Positions 13,352 to 23,818 of a stretch of 64,000 bases of DNA are shown here, in pieces (the first letter of the stretch is position 1; every line of letters begins with the position of its first letter). The notes under the pieces are model-generated. The model was not told the origin of the DNA. It made no database searches and saw nothing but the letters and a program-made list of their open reading frames with translations. The stretch lies in assembly GCA_026936335.1 (NCBI GenBank), contig JAPMXV010000029.1, positions 434,001 through 498,000 on the forward strand, given 5' to 3'. A program made the position numbers and the translations under genes. Source of the stretch: Mantamonas sphyraenae STR306 (lineage: Eukaryota > Protista > CRuMs).

Positions 13352-16300
13352 TTACTGTCCTCCGTACACCAATCGCTGCGTCACCACCCCTTGCAATCTT
13401 GCCAGCACCAGCGCCATGCGCTCCACTTGATCCTGAGGCATGCAGCTCACGGTCACCTCGTTCACCTGTGCCAGCACCTCCATGCAGTGGTTCATCTCTC
13501 CAATCATCTCATCCTCCATCTCCTCCACACCGACTCTGCCCTCTGTGCGCACCACATCTGCTACCACCGCCCAACGATCCACCACAGACGGGCGTCGTGC
13601 GCTCAAGTTGCCTCTGTACGCACGCAACCGGTTGCGCAGTGCCACGTCTGTGGACCTGCGCCCCACCGGTCCCAGTCCTGCGTACAACCCATCGCCTCCA
13701 TCTTCGCAGGCTGCGGGGACCATGCCTTGGGTTCCGTCTCCTCCTTCCTGTGGCTCACAAGGTGCCTCGTTGCCACGGTCTTCGCTCGCTCCAGCTCCAA
13801 AGTCTGACGGTTCCAGCTCCAGCTCATCGTCCTCGTCCAACGTGTACGCATCCACATGCTTCTTCTTCTTTTTCTTGCTCTTGTCCTTGTGGCTCCATCC
13901 GTGCAGAACGGCTGCCAGCCGGTGCGCAGTTTTTGGTCGCGGTTGCGCCTTCTCTGTTTCTCCCTTGGCCGTTTCGTCATCACCATCGTCGTCCCACCAC
14001 CACCCACCACCCACCTCTTCCTCCTCCTCCTCTTCTTCCTCCTCTCCTTCATCCTCTCGGCTCGAATTGCCGCTGTCATTGCTGCTGCTGTTGCGGATGC
14101 GGCCCAGTCTGTCCTCCTCTGTCTGTCCACTCGACGCAGGCGCCATGTACATGTTTGCCGAGTTGCCTGACTTGTCTGACGACGAAGACTCCTCCGCCCC
14201 GGCCTCGTCCTTCAACACCACGGATCCGTGCGAGGAGTCTCGGCTCATGCCCTTACCAACCTCTTTCTCCTCGCCCTCTCCATCCGACTCCACAACGGGC
14301 TGCAATCCGCTCCCGCTGCGTGAGTACGGATCACGTCCAAAGCGGCTGCGTGTTGGCGTGCGCGAGGGCGACGACACGCGCGAGTCCATCCACGATGTGC
14401 TTGAACCCATGCGCTTCTTGGCCCCCTGCATCAACCCTCGCCTCATTACTGATCCAGGGCGCTGGTTTATGCGCTCCTGTGTCTTGTTGTCGCCCTTGAG
14501 TCGCTCGCGGGCGATGCGCTCCATAGCCGCCGCCGATTTGGGATATGCAAGGAGCACAGCCTCCATGTCCGCCTTGGACAGTTCGAACAAATCGCAGAAC
14601 GTAATGGCTCGCACGGACTTGGTGCGTGTCGTTTGTGCAAGGAGTGCAATCTCGCCAAAGAACTTGCCGTCGCTCAACACCACGATGCGGTTGCCCTCCT
14701 TGTCCACAACCTCCACGTTGCCGCGCGAGATGAAGTACATCTCTTTGCCCATGTCACCCTGTCGGATGATGAAATCTCCCGGCGAGTAAATCTGCGGCTT
14801 AAGCAACATCACAATGCTCTTCAGGAAGCCCTCTTCGCAGTCGCGAAAGATCGACACCCGCGTCATGATCTCTCGGTTCAGGTACATGTACACCTCGGTG
14901 CGCAAGGGGCGAGGCAAGTCATCCAGAATATTCGAGTCGTTCAGACCCTTCTGCCGACTCCACAGGTAGTCGTAGTAGCCCTTGATGCGCCGTTGCAGAT
15001 TCGGCGGGAGGCGTCGGTACTGCATGTACTGTTTGATTGTGTCCATCTTCTGGTTGAATTCTGCCTGGTTTGCGTTGATGCTGGAGAGCACCGAGCCCAC
15101 GTTACCAATGATGATGGCCAGAAAGGTGACTCCCACAAAGACGGTGAAAATTGTAAAGGCAATCTGCAGCTTGGTACTCGCGTTACGACCATCACCAGAA
15201 CCTGTCATGATGGCCAACGACCACAAGATCGCTGTCATATACTTTGTGGTCTGGTCCACCTCGTTCATCTTGGCCGGAGGCAGCCAGGCGTTTGTGCCGA
15301 ATCCCTCTTCCTGACCAAACGTGAACCAGATGCAGCCTTCAAAGTGGGCCAGGAAAATCAATGCGAGCAACAGACGCAGCAATCGCACGAGCGCAGGGTA
15401 ACGTGTGTGCTTCTCCAGCGTTTGGAAAGCCGGAATCACGCGCACGAAACCCAGCAGGCGTGGCAGGCGCAGATAAACATGCACAAGCAGGTCGTTGAAG
15501 TTGAACAGATCCAAAGGCAGCGAATTGATCAAATCGAGCAGGAAGCGACCGCGCAGGTACCGTTTGCCAATCATGGCTGGATCTGTGATCATGATGCCGT
15601 TGAGCTGGTAGTGCGTGTTGAACATCAACAGGATGTCCAACCACAAGCAGGTGTCTGTCACGTAGTCGATGGTGTACCAGATTTCCAGGTACCTGTGGAA
15701 ACGGAAACCGATGCGGAATGGAATCAACAGGGCGTTGTACACCATGATGCAAATGATGAGGAAGTTCCATGTCGCGCGTGTGATGCTGTTTGGGTTGCGG
15801 ATCTCGTCCCACACGTTGTGTCGCTTCCTAGCACGCAAGCCTTCCCAGAACCCCCGCAGCGAGTCGCTCTCCCTCCACAATTCCATCAGCGACTGCTTGT
15901 CCTCCATGTAGTCCTTCTCTTCGGGCGACTGGATGATTTGTGGATGGTGGTTGTGTTCCTGCTGCTGCTGCTGCTGCGCTGGTGTCTGTTCGCCCTTGCC
16001 CTTGCCCTTGCCCTTTCCAGACCCTGACTCGCTCGACTCGGTGCTCGTCACCCTCTGCATCTGTTGCTTCTCAAACGCAGACATTACCACGGCCAACCGC
16101 TTGGCATCCTCTAGGTTGGCTCTCTGAGCAGCAACTACGCTGCTCTTCTCGGAGGATGAGTGTGGGCCCTCCCCTTCCTCGTCCGCTCCGCTCTCCTCCG
16201 CGCCACTGTCGCCCACAGAGCCCTTGTCTGTGTGCTGTCCTGTGTGCTTGTCCATGCTTCTTGTTTGTCGTACACCTTTGTCGTCCTCCTTGCGCTCACC

Positions 16301-17185
16301 GTCTCGTGGCTGCTCACCCATCATCGCCTCGCCTGAGGATGCTTCCACAAACGCATCCAGAGTGTCGAGCATCTCTCGGTCGCCGTTTGCATCGTCGTGA
16401 TAGTCGCCCTGCCTCTCCTGTGGCAAATCCGTGTCGTCTTCTGTGCCAGAGTCCACAGGTGCGTCCAGCATGTCTTCCAAAACCTGCTGGCGTGCTTCTT
16501 GGCGTTCGCTTTCCGTTGCAGCTTCGTTTTCGCGCAGCGTCGCCGTCAACTCTACTTCGGGCTGGACAAACAGAATCTCTGCGTTTCCATCCCTGTGTAC
16601 ACGTTCCTTATCTGCGTCCATATCTGTCATCACAATCACGTGTGCCTCTTGATCGTCTGCGTCGTCCTTGTCGTCGTCGAAAGGTGCGAAATTGCTGCCG
16701 GCTGCTGATTCTTCCATCTGTGTTTGCCCCTCTTGCTCGTCATCGCTTTCGTTTTCCTCCACCTGGCTTTCCGCACTTGATCCACTACGTTCGCGTTTGC
16801 TCTTATCCTTCTTTCGTCGCCTCTTCTTAACGTCCTTGCCCTCCTTGCGACGCTTCTTTTTGCGGTTCTTTTTCGCTTCTTCTTCCGCGGCTGCATTGTC
16901 CGCCGTTGTCTGGCCACTCGTCAGCGTGGGTAACGGCGCGGGCGACTCCTGCACGCCCCCAGGCAGCGACTCTATTTCTACATGGCCGTTCTGGGCTTCG
17001 ATGGGCTCACTGTGGCGTGCAAGGGCCTCCGCGAGCAGGTCGGCTCCCGACGATGCTTCGTCGGCGACTGTGTCTTGCTGATTGTTCAGCAGGGATCGAG
17101 GGGACGTTGAACGGGACTGAGAGAGACGGTTGGGTCGACCACGCACGGGGGCAAGAGCCCCCGAAGCATTGTCTGTTGTTCTCAT
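13352..17185 (-). CDS. Cyclic nucleotide-gated (CNG/HCN-like) 6TM cation channel with long low-complexity termini
   Basis: S1-S6, S4 LRLPRLLGFVR, C-linker (YMQYRRLPPNLQRRIKGYYDYLW), CNBD PGDFIIRQGDMGKEMYFISRG..FFGEIALL..RTKSVRA. Confidence 0.92.
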   Translation of the reverse strand: MRTTDNASGALAPVRGRPNRLSQSRSTSPRSLLNNQQDTVADEASSGADLLAEALARHSEPIEAQNGHVEIESLPGGVQESPAPLPTLTSGQTTADNAAAEEEAKKNRKKKRRKEGKDVKKRRRKKDKSKRERSGSSAESQVEENESDDEQEGQTQMEESAAGSNFAPFDDDKDDADDQEAHVIVMTDMDADKERVHRDGNAEILFVQPEVELTATLRENEAATESERQEARQQVLEDMLDAPVDSGTEDDTDLPQERQGDYHDDANGDREMLDTLDAFVEASSGEAMMGEQPRDGERKEDDKGVRQTRSMDKHTGQHTDKGSVGDSGAEESGADEEGEGPHSSSEKSSVVAAQRANLEDAKRLAVVMSAFEKQQMQRVTSTESSESGSGKGKGKGKGEQTPAQQQQQQEHNHHPQIIQSPEEKDYMEDKQSLMELWRESDSLRGFWEGLRARKRHNVWDEIRNPNSITRATWNFLIICIMVYNALLIPFRIGFRFHRYLEIWYTIDYVTDTCLWLDILLMFNTHYQLNGIMITDPAMIGKRYLRGRFLLDLINSLPLDLFNFNDLLVHVYLRLPRLLGFVRVIPAFQTLEKHTRYPALVRLLRLLLALIFLAHFEGCIWFTFGQEEGFGTNAWLPPAKMNEVDQTTKYMTAILWSLAIMTGSGDGRNASTKLQIAFTIFTVFVGVTFLAIIIGNVGSVLSSINANQAEFNQKMDTIKQYMQYRRLPPNLQRRIKGYYDYLWSRQKGLNDSNILDDLPRPLRTEVYMYLNREIMTRVSIFRDCEEGFLKSIVMLLKPQIYSPGDFIIRQGDMGKEMYFISRGNVEVVDKEGNRIVVLSDGKFFGEIALLAQTTRTKSVRAITFCDLFELSKADMEAVLLAYPKSAAAMERIARERLKGDNKTQERINQRPGSVMRRGLMQGAKKRMGSSTSWMDSRVSSPSRTPTRSRFGRDPYSRSGSGLQPVVESDGEGEEKEVGKGMSRDSSHGSVVLKDEAGAEESSSSDKSGNSANMYMAPASSGQTEEDRLGRIRNSSSNDSGNSSREDEGEEEEEEEEEEVGGGWWWDDDGDDETAKGETEKAQPRPKTAHRLAAVLHGWSHKDKSKKKKKKHVDAYTLDEDDELELEPSDFGAGASEDRGNEAPCEPQEGGDGTQGMVPAACEDGGDGLYAGLGPVGRRSTDVALRNRLRAYRGNLSARRPSVVDRWAVVADVVRTEGRVGVEEMEDEMIGEMNHCMEVLAQVNEVTVSCMPQDQVERMALVLARLQGVVTQRLVYGGQ

Positions 17186-17236
17186 GGAGCAGCGTTTTTG
17201 GAGGTGCCCTGCCGCAGCCAAAAACCAGCTGTGCGG

Positions 17237-20200
17237 ATGTCCTCCCACGACGACAAGGTGCTGTTCACGACCACCGCGTACTCGCCATCGGTGGGAACGA
17301 ACACGGGCGAGGTGCTTGCACGCACGGTGTCGGGCTCATCGTCCGGCAGCATGTCAGGGACGGGCCTCTTTCGCCTGGGATCGGCAGGACGCTCGCTGAG
17401 CACGGACTACGAAGCGTCAGACAGCATCACACACTTTGCACGCACCAAAAAGGGGGACAACTACGAGCGCAGTGGCTACGCGCTGTTTCTGGACGACGAA
17501 ACCGACGAGGACGAGGACGAGCAGGACGAGCCGTCCGTGGACGACGACGCAGACGTCCTCCACCTTCACAGTGCCGACTCGGAGGACGAGGAATTCCAAC
17601 AGAAGGACTGGAATGAGGAGGTGAGTGGCACACACGGGGCTTGGGCCAATAGGATATGTCCATGGGCACGACGCAGCGACCGGAGGTGGGAATTCACGCT
17701 GACGCCTTGCCCCATCCTGATGCCGAAAACAGTTCCAAACGCTGCATGAGGGCTTGGTGGGAGGGAAAAAGATTGAGAATATGGACAAAATCAGTATGTA
17801 CAACCACCTGAGCATGCTTGCACACGACTTTGTGTATGCTGCGCAGAGCTACGGCAAGATCATCATCAGCGAGTACTGCTTGCCACCGCACATGAAGACC
17901 ATCAAGCCTCTGGACGTCGGAGGTTCTGCAGGAGGCGCCAAATACCTTTGCTCGGGCATCCTGTTCAAGTTTGCCGTGGACACACACGGCTACTACGGCC
18001 GCGAGTGAGTTATCAGCGTGTGGTTGCAAGCGTCACAGTTCCTCCTCGTGCGTGGGCTGACACTTTTTCGCTTTCCATACCGTACACTCCATCCCCTTTG
18101 CGTGTGATCCCCTCTCACAACCTTTTGCTGTGTGTACTTTGAAGTGAATTTGCCATGAAGGCGGCCTCGCACGACCTGAAGGGCCTGATGAGTCTGTACC
18201 GATGCAACCTGGTGGGGATCCATGTACCGCTCATGGCCCTGATCGACTATCGCGGCTTCAGACTCATTGCCATGAGTCAACTGCCCATAGACTCGCAAAC
18301 GCTGGTGTATGGGTCGGAGAACGCAGGCGAGACGGTGTTGGACAAGAGCGCCGAGCTGAAGGCCAAGCTGAAAAAGGTGTGCGAGATGCTGAACCTGAAG
18401 GGTCATCGGGTGGCCAATGGCAGCGGGGATGGTGGCAGCGTGATGATGTATGGTCCTTGCGACATGGAGGGCCACGTGGGTCGGGATGGGCGCATGTATG
18501 TGTGCGACCTAGCCAGAGTGTTTCCACCCGAGACGCCATCGCGTCGCACACACGGCGGCCATCTGTACAGACTGTTGCGTCCTGAGCTGGTGCAACGCTT
18601 CGAGAGTGCGCTGAGTTCGGACGCGTTTACGAGGTTTGGGGAACTGGACAAGGAGGAGCATAATAGGGAGGTGCACGCTGCAACCCATTTCCTGGTGGAT
18701 ACAGTTGTGCCCCGCTTTGCCGGTTGGCTCAACACGCAACACTTTGGTCGGGAGATTGGCTCGTTGCGAAGGTTGACGGAACTCATGCACTTGGAGGGGA
18801 TCAACATGCGCTATCTGGGCCGCATCCGGGCCTTGGTGACGCAGCAGCACATGCGCAAGATGCTCCTTTTGGAGATTGTGTGTCGATGTGCAAAGAATGC
18901 GCTGCGCTCGAAGCAGCGCGAAGTGATGGCCCACGTGCGGACGCTGTCGCAAGAACCTTTCAGACAGGTCGTGGTTGACTACATGAACGTCTTTCTGGGC
19001 AACCTGGAGGAAGCGGATGAGTTCTGGGGCCACGTGATCAAGAAGCGCATCCAAACACGGTATGCAGGGGCATTGAACGAGGAGGAACTGCAGGACGACT
19101 ACGACCTGCGGACGGCCATCGACATGCACGCAGCCTTTGAACGCATTGCCCACTTTACAGGAATCCGCTTTGGCAGCGAGGCGATGCGAGAGCTTGCACG
19201 GCGGTCGGACAGCCTGTTTCTGGTTCTGAGCGACGTGGAGGAGATGGGCGCCGAGGTGCGGCACATGAACATCATCGCACACGCTGAAGGCACCGTATTG
19301 TACACTCAGAGCGTACGCAGGCAGGGACATGAGTCGGACCGCCTGCTCAATCTGGCACTGAAGAAGTTTGAAGAAACGACGCGGGACAACTTTATGACGC
19401 TGAACAATTGGGGGTCGGCACTGTACCACAAGGCCATCCGCACGCAACGGAGCAGGGAACGAGAACGGCTTTTCGACAGTTGCGAAAACAAGTACTTGAA
19501 TGCATTGCAGGTGTGGAGTGACTGCCACCAGGCGCTGTACAACTATGGCAATCTGCTGGTGACACGGGCCATGTATGCGTCACGCGAGGAGGCAGCTGAG
19601 ATGCTGGCGCTGGCCGGGAAGCAGTACAGGCGTGCATTGCACCTGCAACCGTCGTACCACCAGCTCATTGGGCTGCACGAGGTTGTGCACGAGCAAGATG
19701 ATGTCAGCGACAGTGATTTGGGCTGTCTGGTGAGCCTGGCCCAACGCTCGCCCAATCTGGAATCGTTGGATGTGGATCATCTGCCTCATCGACGTCTGAC
19801 CAAGTCGCTGTTGCAGTTGGTGGTCGAACGGAGTGCAGGGCAGCTCAAACGTCTGGCAGTGAGCCGCAGCGGCGTCGTGACTGACGAGGACGTGCAGATG
19901 CTGCAGGACGATCCGGAACTGTGTCCGCTGCTGGAGTATGTGGATCTGTCAGAGTGCAGTCGTTTGGGGGAGAGTGCATTGGTCAACCTTGGGGCGCCGA
20001 ACGTGTGGGTAGCCCTGCGGCACCTGCTCCTGAACGGCATCGCCGCCGTCACAGACTCGTGCATGCAGCGCGTGGCTCGTCGTTGTCCACAGTTGCGTAC
20101 GCTCGAACTGTCGCGCTGTCCCGTGTCCAACACCACGGTGAAGGCGGTGGCACGCCATTGCGTGGAATTGCGTGCGCTCAACCTGAACGAGTGCTCGTTG

Positions 20201-21400
20201 GTGGGCGGCGAGGGCGCGCTGACGCGTCTCGTGCAACGACTGACACAGCTGCAGAGATTGCAACTGCATGCTTGCAATGTGGAAGACGACACGGTGGATG
20301 CCATTGGGCAAAGCTTGCCCAATCTGGTGCAACTGGACATTGGACAATGCAAGCAGGTGGGCTCCGACAGCGTGGCCGGCATGCTGGCTTCCCTCCCTGA
20401 GCTGCGCCATCTCAACGTGGAAGGCCTGTCCAAACTGCGCGACAACTGCCTGGACGGGTGGGCGTGCAGCGAGCTGGAACATGTCAACCTAGGGCGATGC
20501 GTTCAGCTCAGCGACAACGCCGTGCTCGCCATGGTTGACCGATGCCATGATTCGCTCACAGAGTTGGATTTGACCTGGTGCTATGCCATCCAGGACGACG
20601 CTGTGATCCAGCTCAGCAGCATGGCGTGGGCGTTGCGCACCCTGTCGCTCAGCCGATGCGTGGAAATCACAGACGCAGCCGTGCTGGCCGTCGCTGCATG
20701 TTGTACACAGCTGGAAAGGGTGCACCTCGACGGGTGCACCTTGCTCACAGACACTTCTGTTGTCCGCCTGGCCAAGGGATGTCCAAACCTGGAATCGTTG
20801 CACGTCGCCGAGCTCGCGAATCTCACCGACAGTGCCGTGCTGGCACTCTCTCGCCATTGCCCCCTCATGCGTGACCTGGGTGCCCGGGGCCTGGCAAATC
20901 TCACCGACCAGAGCTTGCGCCAACTCTCGCTTGAGTGTGGCCATCTCGAACGCGTCGATCTTACAAAGTGTCACAACATCACCAGCACCACTGTCCACCA
21001 TCTCCTCACAAACTGCACTCGTCTCAACCACCTCAACGTGTCCGGTTGTGCCCACGTCGACACCCAGCTTGTCGCATCGCTGGCCCAGCAACAGCCGGAC
21101 GTCACTGTCGTTTACGACGGGGTGCAGCATGGAACAGCGACAGCCTCGGGCACTCACAACGAAGGTGAATCCTCTTCATCGACCCAACTGGCTTCTGGTA
21201 CTACCACGTCTGGTGCATCGACCTCTGCAGCCTCTGCCGCTGCGTCAAAGGGGGCGCGAGTCACGTTTGCACCGCAGTACAATCTTGGCGGGGACAAGAC
21301 AACAGGAAATGTCAACGTGCGGCGCAAAATTGCTTCCAACAAGCAGCAGCAGCAGTTCTTCACCAGCGCCGACTGGGCAAAGGAGTTGCGGAACCGCTGA
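17237..21400 (+). CDS. Clu-domain protein with TPR-like repeats and C-terminal AMN1/FBXL-type cysteine-containing LRRs; introns ~17621-17750 and ~18005-18143
   Basis: GILFKFA, AASHDLKG, PLMALIDYRGFRLIAMS.LPI, TLVYGS, LNLKGH, DMEGH.GRDGRMYVCDLARVFPP, LLRPELV (Clu core); about 14 LxxLxLxxCxxITD repeats. Confidence 0.88.
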
Positions 21401-21444
21401 GCCCAGCGTGCTGCAAAAAGGAAGTGCCCACATTCAAACAATTT

Positions 21445-23659
21445 TCAGTCCTCTTCGCCTTCCTCTTCAGCCAACTCCTCGGCCATGTACGCGCGCTCGG
21501 CTCCAAAGCGGATGCTGCTGATGCACTCGTTGCCCACATCTTCCAGGATGATGTTGTTGACCACCACGTCCTCGAGCTTGGGCATCACATACTCGTCCTC
21601 ATACAGGTACTTGGCATAGTCGTCCGAGTGGTAGGCCCAGTCGCGCAGAATGAACAGGACGGTGGTGAGAATGTTCAGGTCGGTGTCCTCGTCAAGCAGA
21701 GCGTCGAGCACGACGTCGAGAAACAGGTCGGCGACATCTTGTGCGTGAATGTCTGACGCACTCACCTTGGCGGCAATCTCAAACGCCCCCTGACGCAGGA
21801 TGATGTCTCGTTCCGTGCACAGCTGTACCAAGCGCGTACCTGCCTTTTTGTGGAACATAATGTCGTCCTGGATGTCCTCGTTGACGGAAATCAAGCGCAC
21901 AACCTTCATGGCCGCTCGCTGCACCTTTGCAGGCTTCTTCTTCTTCAGACACGAGTAAAGGCTGTCGAAAGGACGTGCGTTGGCAACCATGTCTACGTCT
22001 TCCGAGGCGATGTTGCCCAGAATGACGCAGGCGTTCTTCTGGATGCTTTCGCTCTTGCTGCTGAGCAGCTGCACGAGTACCTCGACGGCGTCATGCATGG
22101 TTGTGAGGCGCTGCAGACAGCTGAGTTCCTCGCTGAGATGTGCCAGGATGCGCGTGGTGATTTTGAGCAGATTGGACGAGTCGTGGTCGTGCAGGATGTT
22201 CACCAGGGCTTCGATGCCGTTCACATCAACCATCAGCCGCTTGTTCACATCCTTGGTAGTCAAAATGGAGATGGCATTGATGGCCACCGTCTGTACATCC
22301 TCGTGCTTGCTGTCCAGGTGGTCCACCACACCGCCGAGTCCTCCCGACTGCCCAATGGCCACCTTGAAGCCGTCGCTCTTTTTGGCCAGTCGTGCCAACG
22401 CCTTGAGTGCATGCAAGTGCAGCGAAGGTTGATGAGAGCGGATCAGATACAGCAGCGCCTCAATGCCTTCGCTCTGGGCAAGCGTGTGTTCCAGCTCGTC
22501 CTCCACACGGAACTCCAGCTGGCGCGACAGCTTCTTGGCGTGGTTGGCTGCATACAACGAGTACGCAATGGTCACAAAGTAGATCACCAGTGAGTAGACC
22601 CGCCAGCCGTTGGTGCAGTCTGCGAGCCCGCAGTTGTTGACCACCAGCAGAGCCGTCGCCATAGGTACGCAAGCCATGTGCAATCCGTAGAACTGGACAG
22701 GCATGTGTCGGTTGGGAGGTTTGGCATGCACAGGGTGCATTGCGCGGTGTCCAGTGTGCGTGCGGGGGTCAGTATGCGCTTTCCAAGATGGCTGGCGCTC
22801 TCTCGCCAAAACGGTTTGCTTACCGTTTGCACCCCCCGCGGCTTGTACTCGTCCTTGACAGCCCAGATGCCCACCAGTGCAGAGGCAGCATAGGGCAAGC
22901 AGGTCCACCAGTGGAGTGTGAGGCCCAGTGCAACGGCCAGAAACTGGTGTGGACGGCGCAAAAGGGGACGGGTGAGCGAGGTGGGAGAGAAACGGCGGCG
23001 ACACACAGTAAGGGCGTCACAACGCAGGCCCAGGCGAGCAGACACAGGCAGACACACAACATACGGCAGACACGACGGAAATAACTTTGAGACGGAAGGC
23101 CATTTCGGCACTCTCGCGCATGTGTTCGATCTCGCGGGCGACGGAGCTGCGCAGCTCCGAATCAAAGGCCACTGCAGGCGCCTTGTACTTGGCCAGGAAC
23201 TCGCTCTCGCTGAACTTTCCGTTCCCAGTGTCGTCCATGTCCTTGTTGGGGTTTTCCAATTCGTCCAGCAGCGATTCCTGGTCGCCAAGGATGGTGACGT
23301 TGCTTGCGGACGCCTCGGCGTCCTTGGCCACCACGGTGATGACGCTGCGGTCGGTAATGGAACAGTCACGCAGGGACAATGTGTCGGACAGCACCTTGCC
23401 ACGAAACACAAGCTGGAACTGCACGTCAAACTCATCTGCAGCAGCCAGAATGTGCAAGAATTTGGCTTTGACCGAGGAGATGAGTTCGTTGCGGTCCACC
23501 TTTTCGTCGCCGTGCGCGTGTGTGCGAGTGTGTGTCAGCCATGTCATCTTATTCCCTCTCCCTTTGTGTGTGACCGCCCCTCTTCCTGTGTATGAGCACA
23601 CTCACCAGCACCACAAAGGTCCTGCCACGCCACAACGGGCCCTTGATGTACACAAGCAT
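21445..23659 (-). CDS. Ubiquitin-like domain + ~3-4 TM segments + Armadillo-repeat protein (multi-exon; start approximate)
   Basis: Spliced MLVYIKGPLWRGRTFVVL|VDRNELISSVKAKF..QLVFRGKVLSDTLSLRDCSITDRSVITVV (UBL); hydrophobic helices; ARM repeats (GIEALLYLI, GGLGGVVDHL, IQKNACVILGNIA). Confidence 0.72.
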
Positions 23660-23818
23660 CGGTTTGGTAGCCGCGGCGCCCCCCCCACTCCCCCGTGCAT
23701 GTCACCCTTCATCTCCTTTGATCCCATGGGGAAGAATGGAGGTCAAGCATGCCGCTGGTGTGCGTGCGTGCGTGTTTGCCTGTGTTTGTGTGCATGCGCC
23801 GCAGGAGCCAAGAAGGAG

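Noticed and set aside
23087-23818. Apparent 244-aa N-terminal extension of INTS6 in the ORF track
   Set aside because: It is the antisense of the UBL-ARM gene's first exons; INTS6 similarity starts at MSSGGGG (23819)
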